NCBI GenBank assembly: GCA_041577295.1
Contig: JBFGJG010000026.1
Span: 1 to 64,000 of the forward strand
Reading direction: 5' to 3'
Length of the DNA stretch: 64,000 bases
Source: Gemmatimonadales bacterium
GTDB lineage: Bacteria; Gemmatimonadota; Gemmatimonadetes; Gemmatimonadales; GWC2-71-9
Each line of letters begins with the position of its first letter. The stretch's first letter is position 1. The notes under the pieces are model-generated. The model was not told the origin of the DNA. It worked only from the letters and a program-made list of their open reading frames with translations, and did not search any database. The translations under genes were made by a program, and so were the position numbers. Shown piece by piece: positions 56,229 to 64,000 of this stretch.

Positions 56229-57457
56229 CGGTTTGGCTGGTCGCGGCGGCCGCGTTGGGCCTGGGGGTCGTCAGCGAGCGACCGGTATCCCTGGACGATC
56301 CTGCTCCTCGCGCCATTGTGGTGGCGACCACCCGCGGGGAGGGTGCGGTCCCTGTGACCACCGACCGCGGACACCCGGCACTCGCGGCACCCATCCTCGC
56401 TCGATTCCTTCCGGTCACCACTGACCTCGGTGGCGACTGGGCGACGGTTGGCTTTGCCGGTCAGCCCTTCCAATTCCTGTTAGATGCCCCACTGTTTGCC
56501 TTTCAAGGGAGGACCATTCCCCTCGTAGGCGGAGCCTACGTTGCGCGGGACACGTTGTTCGTGCCGCTGCAATGGCTCACCGTCTATGTGCCGGAGGTGT
56601 TCGCCGAGGCGTATCGCTACGACCCGGTGGCGGCACGATTTGAGGATATTCGCCTGAGTCCGGTGGTGCGTCGGCGAGCGGCACCCACAGCGACGGCCAC
56701 CCCGGTATCGGCGGCCGCCCGCCGCAACGGTCTCAACCTGCCGCATAAGGTCGTGGTTGACGCCGGACACGGTGGAGTGGATCCGGGGAACCCGGGTCTC
56801 TACCTCCCGCGGGGTGTGAAAGAAAAACATGTGACGTTGTCACTTTCAAAACATCTGCAACGTGAGCTCGAAGAGCGTGGTGTTTCGGTCATCATGACGC
56901 GCACGACGGATACGCTCATCAACCTCTTTGACCGCGCACCCCTGTGCCGCGAGGATTGCGATCTCTTTCTCAGCGTGCACCTCAACAGCGTGCCACGGCG
57001 CCGTGGCTTTGACCGCGTGAGCGGTTTCGAGACGTACTTCCTGGACGAGGCGCGTACCGCGGATGCCCGCCGCGTTGCCCGAATGGAGAACGAAGCCCTG
57101 CGTTACGAATTCGAGATCGCGGATGGCGTTGGAGACCCGCTCTCCTTCATTCTCAAGGACCTTCATGCCAACGAGTACCTGCGGGAATCCGCACTGCTCG
57201 CCGATCTCGTTCAGCGACGGGCGTCCGCGGTGCATCCAGGCGAGCGGCGCCATGTTTCGCAGGCCCGCTTTGCCGTGCTAAGCACGGCCCGTCGTCCCGC
57301 CGTGCTCATCGAGGCTGGGTTTGCCACGAACCGCTCGGATGCGCGGTTCCTCGCCTCCGAATCGGGACAGCGTAGACTCGCCGAAGCCATCGCTGAAGGG
57401 GTCGTGGAGTATCTCCAGCAGTATGAGCGGAAGGTCCTCTCGGGAGCCGGACGGTGA
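56225..57457 (+). CDS. N-acetylmuramoyl-L-alanine amidase (Amidase_3, AmiC-like)
   Basis: VVDAGHGG.DPG, EK, SVHLNS, GFETY, PAVLIE.GF. Confidence 0.92.
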   Translation: MTVWLVAAAALGLGVVSERPVSLDDPAPRAIVVATTRGEGAVPVTTDRGHPALAAPILARFLPVTTDLGGDWATVGFAGQPFQFLLDAPLFAFQGRTIPLVGGAYVARDTLFVPLQWLTVYVPEVFAEAYRYDPVAARFEDIRLSPVVRRRAAPTATATPVSAAARRNGLNLPHKVVVDAGHGGVDPGNPGLYLPRGVKEKHVTLSLSKHLQRELEERGVSVIMTRTTDTLINLFDRAPLCREDCDLFLSVHLNSVPRRRGFDRVSGFETYFLDEARTADARRVARMENEALRYEFEIADGVGDPLSFILKDLHANEYLRESALLADLVQRRASAVHPGERRHVSQARFAVLSTARRPAVLIEAGFATNRSDARFLASESGQRRLAEAIAEGVVEYLQQYERKVLSGAGR

Positions 57458-58869
57458 AGCTTCTCACCCCGCTTTGCGCGGTGGTGATCGGACTCCTCGG
57501 CTGTGCCTACTACAACGCACTCTACAATGCAAACCGCTTAGCCGCGGACGCCGAACGCGCCGGCCGCGAAGGCCGCGCCGAAGAGGCGCGGGCGTTGTGG
57601 TCCCAAGCGGCGCAAAAGGCGGAGTCCGTGGCAGTGCGGTTTCCCGATAGCCGTCACCGGGACGACGCGTTGCTGCTGCAGGGGCGCGCGCTCAAGGCCA
57701 TCGGCGATTGTAGCCGCGGTGTACGTCCGCTTGGTGTGGCAGCTGATTCCAGTCCTGATGCCGACCTGCGATCCCGAGCCCGGCTCGAACTCGCCGACTG
57801 CTGGCTCACCCTCGCATCACCCGACTCCGTGGTGGACCTCGTCGTGCCCGAGATTGCGGGGGAAGACGAGGCTCGCCGCCGCCGGGCGTTCCGCCTGCGG
57901 GGGCGCGCACATCTGCTCCGCGGGAATTACGCCGCCGCCGCCGAGGACCTGGCACGGGCAGGGGTCGGTGAGAGCACCTTCGATCTTGCCCTGGCGCTCA
58001 TCGGCCTCGACGACGTAGCCGGCGCCCTCGAGGTGCTGGATGTCGCACGAGCGGGCGAGTACCGTGAGACCGCGTGGCTGACCGTGCTCGATTCGATCGC
58101 CGGAGTCGATCCGGAGCTCGCGTCCGGTCTGGTCGACGGGCTCGTCTCCTCGGGTTGGCTCAGGCCGTCTCAACGGGCTCGTGCACTGCTGGCCGATGGC
58201 AATCGCTGGACCGTGAAGGGAGACGTTCGTCGCGCGCGGGCGCGGTATACGGCAGCGGCTGAGATCGACCGCGACTCGCTTCCCGGTCGGACCGCCGCCG
58301 GTCGTGCCGTCATCCTCGACGTGCGCCTGGCGACGCATCCCTCCCCGGCGCCGGAATGGGTGAGCGTTCTCGACCATGCGACGCGGGGCGGCGCAATCGA
58401 CCCAGAGATTGCCCAATTCGCCGGCACGCTGCGTGAGCTGGTTCGTCTCCTGGAGCCGACGAGCCGCGCCGCACCCAGCGCCGATTTGCGTTCCTTCCTC
58501 GTAGCAGAAGCGATCAGAGACTCTTTGCGAGCCCCATTGCTCGCCGGTGGCGTCTTTCGCTGGTTAGCGGAGACGTACCCCGATTCGCCCGTCGCGCCCA
58601 AGGCCCTTTTGGCCGCAGCCGTCGTGAACCCACTAGTGTCGGATTCGTTGGTTGCGATCGTTATGAGCCGTTACCCCCGCTCGCCGTATGTCGGCGTGCT
58701 GCGGGGCGACGCTCGCGCTGAGTTCGTAGCCCTCGAGGACTCGCTCAGAACCCTGCTGATGGGCAGTCGGCCAGCAGGCGAGCTGCCGGCCGACGCAGGC
58801 GATTCCGTCGCACGCGAGCTACCCGAAGACCAGATCATCCGCCACGGTCGACGTCCGAGAAAGCCGTGA
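57454..58869 (+). CDS. Hypothetical TPR-like lipoprotein
   Basis: Lipobox LLG-C followed by AYYN..YNA; helical TPR-like repeats (DDALLLQGRA). Confidence 0.75.
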   Translation: MKLLTPLCAVVIGLLGCAYYNALYNANRLAADAERAGREGRAEEARALWSQAAQKAESVAVRFPDSRHRDDALLLQGRALKAIGDCSRGVRPLGVAADSSPDADLRSRARLELADCWLTLASPDSVVDLVVPEIAGEDEARRRRAFRLRGRAHLLRGNYAAAAEDLARAGVGESTFDLALALIGLDDVAGALEVLDVARAGEYRETAWLTVLDSIAGVDPELASGLVDGLVSSGWLRPSQRARALLADGNRWTVKGDVRRARARYTAAAEIDRDSLPGRTAAGRAVILDVRLATHPSPAPEWVSVLDHATRGGAIDPEIAQFAGTLRELVRLLEPTSRAAPSADLRSFLVAEAIRDSLRAPLLAGGVFRWLAETYPDSPVAPKALLAAAVVNPLVSDSLVAIVMSRYPRSPYVGVLRGDARAEFVALEDSLRTLLMGSRPAGELPADAGDSVARELPEDQIIRHGRRPRKP

Positions 58870-59726
58870 TTCAGGTTTTCGGGACGACCTTTCAGAACCC
58901 GGTGCTGCTCGCCGCCGGCACCGCCGGCTTTGGTCGGGAAGTCGCTGACGTCATCGATCTCGAGCGGCTGGGAGGGGTCGTCACCAAGTCGGTCAGCCTC
59001 GAGCCACGGGGTGGACACCCCGCGCCGCGCGTGGCCGAGTTTTCTGGCGGCATGCTCAACGCGATTGGCTTGGCAAACCCCGGAATCGATCACGTAGTGC
59101 GCGAGGAGCTTCCGTGGTTGGCGGAGCACCTCCAGAGAGCTCGCGTATTGGTCAGTGTCGTGGGAAACACAGCGAACGATTTTGCCGACGTGGTGCGACA
59201 ACTGAGTGAGTTTGATATCGTCACCGCGTTCGAACTCAATGTCTCGTGTCCCAACACCGCCGCCGGGGGCGAGGAGTTTTGCGCCAACCGTGCGGTCCTG
59301 AGCGATCTCATCGCCGGCTGTCGGGCGGCAACGGCGCGACCACTCGTGGTCAAACTTCCGCCGACCGTAGACGACATCGGGGCCACGGCGGTTGTCGTCG
59401 CCGACGCCGGTGCAAATGGCGTTGCGGTGGTCAACACCATTCCGGGTACTCTGTTCGACGGTGCTGGCGAGGAGGGACGGTCACGCCTGGGGTGGGGCCG
59501 AGGTGGTGTGAGCGGCCCGGCGCTTCTCCCCGTCGGGGTCCTGGCCACGCGCCGCGTGCGGGAGGTGACGGGGTTGCCCATCATCGGGGTCGGTGGCGTC
59601 ACGACCCCGGGCGATGTCGAGCAGTACCTCCGGGCTGGCGCCACGCTGGTCGCCGTTGGCACGGCCGCACTGGCCGATCCGCGAGTCCCAGCGCGGCTCG
59701 CCGCCGCGTGGAGTTGGCGTGGCTGA
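58866..59726 (+). CDS. pyrD: Dihydroorotate dehydrogenase, family 1 catalytic subunit
   Basis: NPVLLAAG, TKS, MLNAIGL.NPG, ELNVSCPN, GGVSG, IIGVGG. Confidence 0.92.
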   Translation: MIQVFGTTFQNPVLLAAGTAGFGREVADVIDLERLGGVVTKSVSLEPRGGHPAPRVAEFSGGMLNAIGLANPGIDHVVREELPWLAEHLQRARVLVSVVGNTANDFADVVRQLSEFDIVTAFELNVSCPNTAAGGEEFCANRAVLSDLIAGCRAATARPLVVKLPPTVDDIGATAVVVADAGANGVAVVNTIPGTLFDGAGEEGRSRLGWGRGGVSGPALLPVGVLATRRVREVTGLPIIGVGGVTTPGDVEQYLRAGATLVAVGTAALADPRVPARLAAAWSWRG

Positions 59727-60396
59727 GGTCATTGTCGCCCTCGACGTGTCGACCGCCGCCGAAGCCATCCGCATCGTGGATCAGCTGGAGGGCTTGCGCT
59801 GGGCGAAGGTTGGGTCGGTACTCTTTGGGGCAGCCGGACCGGAAGTGGTGCTTGCGTTACGTCGCAGGGGGATCGATGTCTTTCTGGACCTCAAATGGCA
59901 CGATATCCCGACCACCGTTGTCGGCGCGGTCCAGGCGGCCCGGTACCTCGATATACGTCTTGCGACGGTGCACGCGTTGGGTGGGGACGCAATGATACGT
60001 GCTGCCGCTGAGGTTGCGGGCGAGACCCGCCTGGCCGTGGTCTCGGTGCTTACCTCGTTCACGCCGGACGTGTATTGGGCTACCCTTGGTCGGACACCGG
60101 GCGATCTTACAGCGGAAGTCGCGCGGCTCGCCCGTCTCGGTGTCTCGGCGGGCGCCCGCGCGGTGGTCGCGTCGCCGCACGAAGTTGCCGAGGTTCGAAA
60201 GGCGATTGGCTTGGATCCTTGGATCGTGGTTCCCGGGATCCGGCCGGATCCCACGGCGGGGGACGACCAGGCCAGGACGGCGACGCCGGTCGAGGCTGTG
60301 GAGGCCGGTGCAACCCATTTGGTGGTGGGACGGCCCATCACGCGGGCCAAAAATCCCGGAGCGGTGTATCAGGCACTATGCGCATCGGTTCCATGA
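59719..60396 (+). CDS. pyrF: Orotidine-5'-phosphate decarboxylase
   Basis: VALD, KVG, FLDLKWHDIPTT, VPGIR, DDQ.R, LVVGRPI. Confidence 0.95.
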   Translation: MAEVIVALDVSTAAEAIRIVDQLEGLRWAKVGSVLFGAAGPEVVLALRRRGIDVFLDLKWHDIPTTVVGAVQAARYLDIRLATVHALGGDAMIRAAAEVAGETRLAVVSVLTSFTPDVYWATLGRTPGDLTAEVARLARLGVSAGARAVVASPHEVAEVRKAIGLDPWIVVPGIRPDPTAGDDQARTATPVEAVEAGATHLVVGRPITRAKNPGAVYQALCASVP

Positions 60397-60845
60397 GCGG
60401 CCGGGCCGCTAAGATCTGTTGGCGATGGGTTCAGCTAGGAGTCCTCGGCTTCCTCGGTTACGCCGGGGTGGCGGCGCCGTTGGCTGGCCAAGACGATCTG
60501 GAGGCCGCGGTTGAGCGAGCCCGGCAAGCGTGGCTGCAGCACGATGTCGAAAGGCTTGTCTCGGAGAGCGATACCGTACGGCTCAACCTTCCTGGCGTCG
60601 CGTGGGCGGCGTCGCTCAAACCGGGTCAAGCAGCCCGGTTGCTGAGCCAGTACGTCAAAGTCTCCGAGGAACGGGAGTTTACCCTGCGCGAGGTCCGCAT
60701 GCTTGCCCCCGACCACGCCTACGCGGAGGTGCGTCGCCGCTACGCAGTGAGGGGGACCGATGAGGAGCGGTGGGAAACGGCCTTCCTGGGATTTCGGCTA
60801 TTGGACGGCAAGTGGCAGTTGCGGGAGGTCCGCATCACGCCGTAA
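60393..60845 (+). CDS. Hypothetical secreted protein (possible NTF2-like fold)
   Basis: Signal peptide ending ...LAG-Q; ATGA overlap with pyrF stop; ends W.LREVR. Confidence 0.65.
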   Translation: MSGRAAKICWRWVQLGVLGFLGYAGVAAPLAGQDDLEAAVERARQAWLQHDVERLVSESDTVRLNLPGVAWAASLKPGQAARLLSQYVKVSEEREFTLREVRMLAPDHAYAEVRRRYAVRGTDEERWETAFLGFRLLDGKWQLREVRITP

Positions 60846-60853
60846 CCGGCGGG

Positions 60854-60882
60854 TTGCAGAGCGGTTAGACCCCTTCTATATT
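60854..60882 (+). promoter_or_regulatory. Putative sigma70 promoter of rpmJ-alpha operon
   Basis: TTGCAG-17 nt-TATATT. Confidence 0.55.
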
Positions 60883-60925
60883 CCAAGGCTCGATTGCTTC
60901 ACTACACACAGTTGAGGGCAGCGGA

Positions 60926-61042
60926 GTGAAGGTCCGTTCCAGCGTTCGGCCGATCTGTGAACATTGTAAGGTGATTCGGCGGGGCGGGGTAACCCGCGTC
61001 ATCTGTAAGCGGAATCCCAAGCACAAGCAGAGGCAAGGTTAG
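60926..61042 (+). CDS. rpmJ: 50S ribosomal protein L36 (Zn-ribbon form); below ORF-track cutoff
   Basis: [38 protein letters not shown]. Confidence 0.97.
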   Translation: MKVRSSVRPICEHCKVIRRGGVTRVICKRNPKHKQRQG

Positions 61043-61044
61043 TC

Positions 61045-61425
61045 ATGGCACGCATTGCGGGTGTCGACCTTCCGCGCGAGAAGCGTGTGGAGATCGCGCT
61101 GACGTACATCTTTGGCGTCGGGCTCCCGACAGCCCAGCGAGTGCTCGATGACACGGCGGTTGGTCCAGATACCCGTGTCCGTGATCTGTCCGATGCGGAG
61201 GTGGCGCGGTTGCGTCAAGCCATCGAGCGGCAGGTCAAGGTAGAGGGTGCCCTGCGGACCGAGATCGCCATGAACATCAAGCGGCTCATGGACATCGGCA
61301 GCTACCGGGGGACGAGGCACAAGCGCGGGTTGCCGGTACGCGGACAGCGGACCCACACCAACGCACGAACCAAGAAGGGGCCACGGCGACCGATCGCCGG
61401 AAAGAAGAAGGCGGTAAAGAAGTAA
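61045..61425 (+). CDS. rpsM: 30S ribosomal protein S13
   Basis: [27 protein letters not shown]. Confidence 0.98.
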   Translation: MARIAGVDLPREKRVEIALTYIFGVGLPTAQRVLDDTAVGPDTRVRDLSDAEVARLRQAIERQVKVEGALRTEIAMNIKRLMDIGSYRGTRHKRGLPVRGQRTHTNARTKKGPRRPIAGKKKAVKK

Positions 61426-61426
61426 C

Positions 61427-61816
61427 ATGGCTCAGGCACAGAGTTCCGGACGTCGTAGCAAAAAGGTGGTGGAGGCCGAGGGCATTGCACACATCACGGC
61501 GACGTTCAACAACACGTTGATCACAATCACCGACATGCAGGGGAACGCCATCGTCTGGGGTTCGGCCGGCAAGTCGGGGTTCAAGGGTTCCAAGAAGTCG
61601 ACGTCGTTCGCCGCGACCGTCGCCGCGGAGCAGTGCGGTCGTGAGGCGGCGAACCTCGGCGTGCGCCGCGTGCATGTCCGTGTCCAGGGGCCAGGCTCCG
61701 GACGCGAATCTGCCATCCAGGCGCTCGTCACCGCGGGGCTCGAGGTCAAGTCGATCCGCGACGTCACACCCATTCCTCATAACGGGTGCCGGCCACCCAA
61801 GAAGCGACGGGTCTGA
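61427..61816 (+). CDS. rpsK: 30S ribosomal protein S11
   Basis: [34 protein letters not shown]. Confidence 0.98.
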   Translation: MAQAQSSGRRSKKVVEAEGIAHITATFNNTLITITDMQGNAIVWGSAGKSGFKGSKKSTSFAATVAAEQCGREAANLGVRRVHVRVQGPGSGRESAIQALVTAGLEVKSIRDVTPIPHNGCRPPKKRRV

Positions 61817-61818
61817 GC

Positions 61819-62454
61819 ATGGCACGGTACACCGGTCCCGTTTGCAAGCTGTGTCGCCGGGAGAGCACGAAGCTCTTCCTCAAGGGTACACGCTGCCTGA
61901 CGGACAAGTGCGCGATCGAACGGCGAGCGTATGCGCCTGGGCAGCACGGTCAGGCCATGAGCCGCCGCCGGAAGACATCGGAGTACGCGAAGCAGTTGCG
62001 CGAAAAGCAGAAGGTCAAACGGATGTACGGGCTCACCGAGCGCCAGTTTCGGAATGCGTTCGACCGGGTTCGGCAGTTGCCCGGCGTGACGGGCGAGAAC
62101 CTGCTCGTCGCACTCGAGACGCGCCTCGACAACATCGTGTATCGGATGGGATTTGCCACCAGCCGGAACGCCGCGCGGCAGCTGGTGAGCCACCGTCACA
62201 TTGAAGTGAACGGCCGGCCGGTCACGGTCGCGTCGTTCCAAGTGAGACCGCGGGACGAGGTCCGGGTGGCAGAGAAGAGCCGGGATCGGGCTGCGGTGCG
62301 CGCCGCGCTCGAAGCGTTGTCCCGGGCCGCCCCTGTTTCGTGGATTACTGTCGACACGGACAAAGCCGCAGGTAAAGTCACCGAGCTGCCCACGCGCGAC
62401 ACGATTCCGGTCGCGGCGCAGGAGCAGCTGATCGTGGAGCTCTACTCGAAGTAA
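61819..62454 (+). CDS. rpsD: 30S ribosomal protein S4
   Basis: MARYTGPVCKLCRRE, LREKQK, LETRLDN, LIVELYSK. Confidence 0.98.
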   Translation: MARYTGPVCKLCRRESTKLFLKGTRCLTDKCAIERRAYAPGQHGQAMSRRRKTSEYAKQLREKQKVKRMYGLTERQFRNAFDRVRQLPGVTGENLLVALETRLDNIVYRMGFATSRNAARQLVSHRHIEVNGRPVTVASFQVRPRDEVRVAEKSRDRAAVRAALEALSRAAPVSWITVDTDKAAGKVTELPTRDTIPVAAQEQLIVELYSK

Positions 62455-62455
62455 T

Positions 62456-63514
62456 ATGCCAACAATCGATATGACTGGATTAGTACGCCCACACGTCATC
62501 GAAATGACCAAGCGGGAGGACCTCCCTTCCGCCGCAGAGTTTCGGCTGCAGCCGCTCGAGCGAGGTTATGGCTATACGCTCGGCAATGCGCTTCGCCGCA
62601 TGCTGCTTTCCTCACTATCGGGCTCTGCGATTTGGGCCTTTCGTCTGGAGGGGGTGGTGCACGAGCACCAGACCATCCCCGGGGTGAAGGAAGACATTCA
62701 CCAAATCATCCAACAGTTGAAGGCGCTGACGCTCGTGCTGGCGGAGGATGTGGACGAGGCCGTGTTGCACCTGCGAGCGGACAAAGCCGGTGTGGTCCGC
62801 GCCAAGCACCTGGAGCCACACGGCTCGGTGCGGGTCGTGTACCCGGATCAGATCCTGTTTACCCTACAGGAGGACCGGGATATCACGGGTGAGCTGTACG
62901 TCAATACGGGACGCGGGTACGTCGAGGCGGCGCAGCACAGCGCAGATCGGTCGCTGCCGGTCGACCTCGTGCGGATCGACGCGGTCTACAACCCCGTACG
63001 ACGAGCCAATTTCAGCGTGGCCGAGACACGGGTGGGGCAGCGGACGGACTTCGATAGCTTGACGCTCGCCGTCGAGACCAACGGCGCGATCTCTCCTGAG
63101 GATGCCGTCGCATACGCGGCCGCCCTGCTGCAAGAGCATTTCCGATTCTTCATGGATTTCGGTCGGGTACCGACTACGTCGCAAGACACGGATGCCGAGC
63201 GTGGATCCGACACTGCCCAGCTTCGGGATCTCCTTTCTAAGCCCATCGACGACTGTGGGTTGTCCGTGCGATCGATCAACTCGCTCAAAAATTCCAACAT
63301 CAGCACCCTCGCCGATCTCGTCCGTTACACGGAGGACGAGATGCTCAAGGTCAAAAACGTCGGGGAGAAAGCGCTGAGCGAGATCGCCGAGATGCTGCGG
63401 CGCGAAGGGCTGAACTTTGGGATGGAGATCGAGGAGCACAACGGAGAGCTGGTCGTTACGAATCAGGGCGCGACACCGTCGCTTGGCACCTCGCAGCCCG
63501 CAGGAGCGGAGTGA
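62456..63514 (+). CDS. rpoA: RNA polymerase alpha subunit
   Basis: PLERGYGYTLGNALRR.LLSS, GRGYV, RVGQRTD, LSVRS.N.LK, NVGEKAL.EI. Confidence 0.98.
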   Translation: MPTIDMTGLVRPHVIEMTKREDLPSAAEFRLQPLERGYGYTLGNALRRMLLSSLSGSAIWAFRLEGVVHEHQTIPGVKEDIHQIIQQLKALTLVLAEDVDEAVLHLRADKAGVVRAKHLEPHGSVRVVYPDQILFTLQEDRDITGELYVNTGRGYVEAAQHSADRSLPVDLVRIDAVYNPVRRANFSVAETRVGQRTDFDSLTLAVETNGAISPEDAVAYAAALLQEHFRFFMDFGRVPTTSQDTDAERGSDTAQLRDLLSKPIDDCGLSVRSINSLKNSNISTLADLVRYTEDEMLKVKNVGEKALSEIAEMLRREGLNFGMEIEEHNGELVVTNQGATPSLGTSQPAGAE

Positions 63515-63517
63515 CCC

Positions 63518-63874
63518 GTGCGGCACCGGCGTAAGGGAAGACAGCTCAGCCGGACCGCGTCACATCGTCGGGCGCTGTTGCGGAACATGGCCTCGTCGCT
63601 CTTTCGCCATGACGGCATGGTGACGACGGTTGCCAAGGCGAAGGAGCTTCGTCCTTTCGCTGAGCGCCTAATCACGCTGGCCAGGCGAGGCGACCTTCAC
63701 GCCCGGCGTCAGGTCGAGCGACACATCAAGGACCGTGACGTCACGGGTCGTCTGTTCAAAGAGATTGGTCCTCGCTTCGCTAGCCGGCCGGGTGGGTACA
63801 CCCGGATCTTGAAGCTCGGACACCGACCAGGGGACGGCGCCGAATTGGCCCGTATCGAGCTGCTGTCAGAGTGA
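63518..63874 (+). CDS. rplQ: 50S ribosomal protein L17
   Basis: MRHR, KAKELR, RPGGYTRILK, GDGA. Confidence 0.98.
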   Translation: MRHRRKGRQLSRTASHRRALLRNMASSLFRHDGMVTTVAKAKELRPFAERLITLARRGDLHARRQVERHIKDRDVTGRLFKEIGPRFASRPGGYTRILKLGHRPGDGAELARIELLSE

Positions 63875-63898
63875 AGCGCGAGTGAGGACGAAGAGCCT

Positions 63899-63929
63899 AT
63901 GGGGACCCGCGGACGGTCCCCATTTTTTT
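63899..63929 (+). terminator. Intrinsic terminator after rplQ
   Basis: ATGGGGACC-CGCGGAC-GGTCCCCAT followed by a T-run. Confidence 0.85.
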
Positions 63930-64000
63930 AAGCGGGAGAGGGAACGCCTCGCGGGGCCTTTTGCACACGGTTGGACTTGATACACTGGGTGCAGACACGG

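Overview
High-GC bacterial chromosome segment, most consistent with a diderm heterotroph such as Gemmatimonadota. This taxon is inferred from the SusC/SusD-like pair, the TonB/ExbBD genes, the many lipoproteins and the gene content; it was not verified. The window is gene-dense and mostly core or semi-core. In order: amidohydrolases; tRNA-Ala(TGC); a SusC/SusD-type uptake locus with a stand-alone plug protein, an M14 peptidase and other secreted proteins; sodA and a peroxiredoxin; two kinases and one response regulator ahead of tonB-exbB-exbD-exbD; a peptidoglycan-sugar salvage cluster (NamZ, NagZ, AmiE-like hydrolase, SSS transporter, sugar kinase); a long coupled run pgsA-like/ino1/cupredoxin/copA/copZ/2-oxoacid dehydrogenase; trxB; an Rrf2-cysM-JAMM-(Ubl-MoeB-rhodanese fusion) sulfur-relay operon; tRNA-Leu(CAG); an acyl-CoA ligase; a SufS-like enzyme; smpB, an amidase, pyrD and pyrF; and the rpmJ-rpsM-rpsK-rpsD-rpoA-rplQ operon. 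No rRNA, CRISPR array, integrase or intact transposase was seen. The most notable observations are: (1) a ubiquitin-like sulfur carrier encoded as a polyprotein with its E1/rhodanese, next to a JAMM protease and behind an IscR-type operator; (2) an intact-frame but catalytically degenerate IS200-like (Y1) protein antisense inside the dehydrogenase operon; (3) NagZ and NamZ genes whose start regions overlap head-to-head; (4) several short-period tandem repeats with inverted arms; (5) 11-bp-period Pho-box-like repeats upstream of tonB. All functional calls come from motif recognition by eye, with no database searches.
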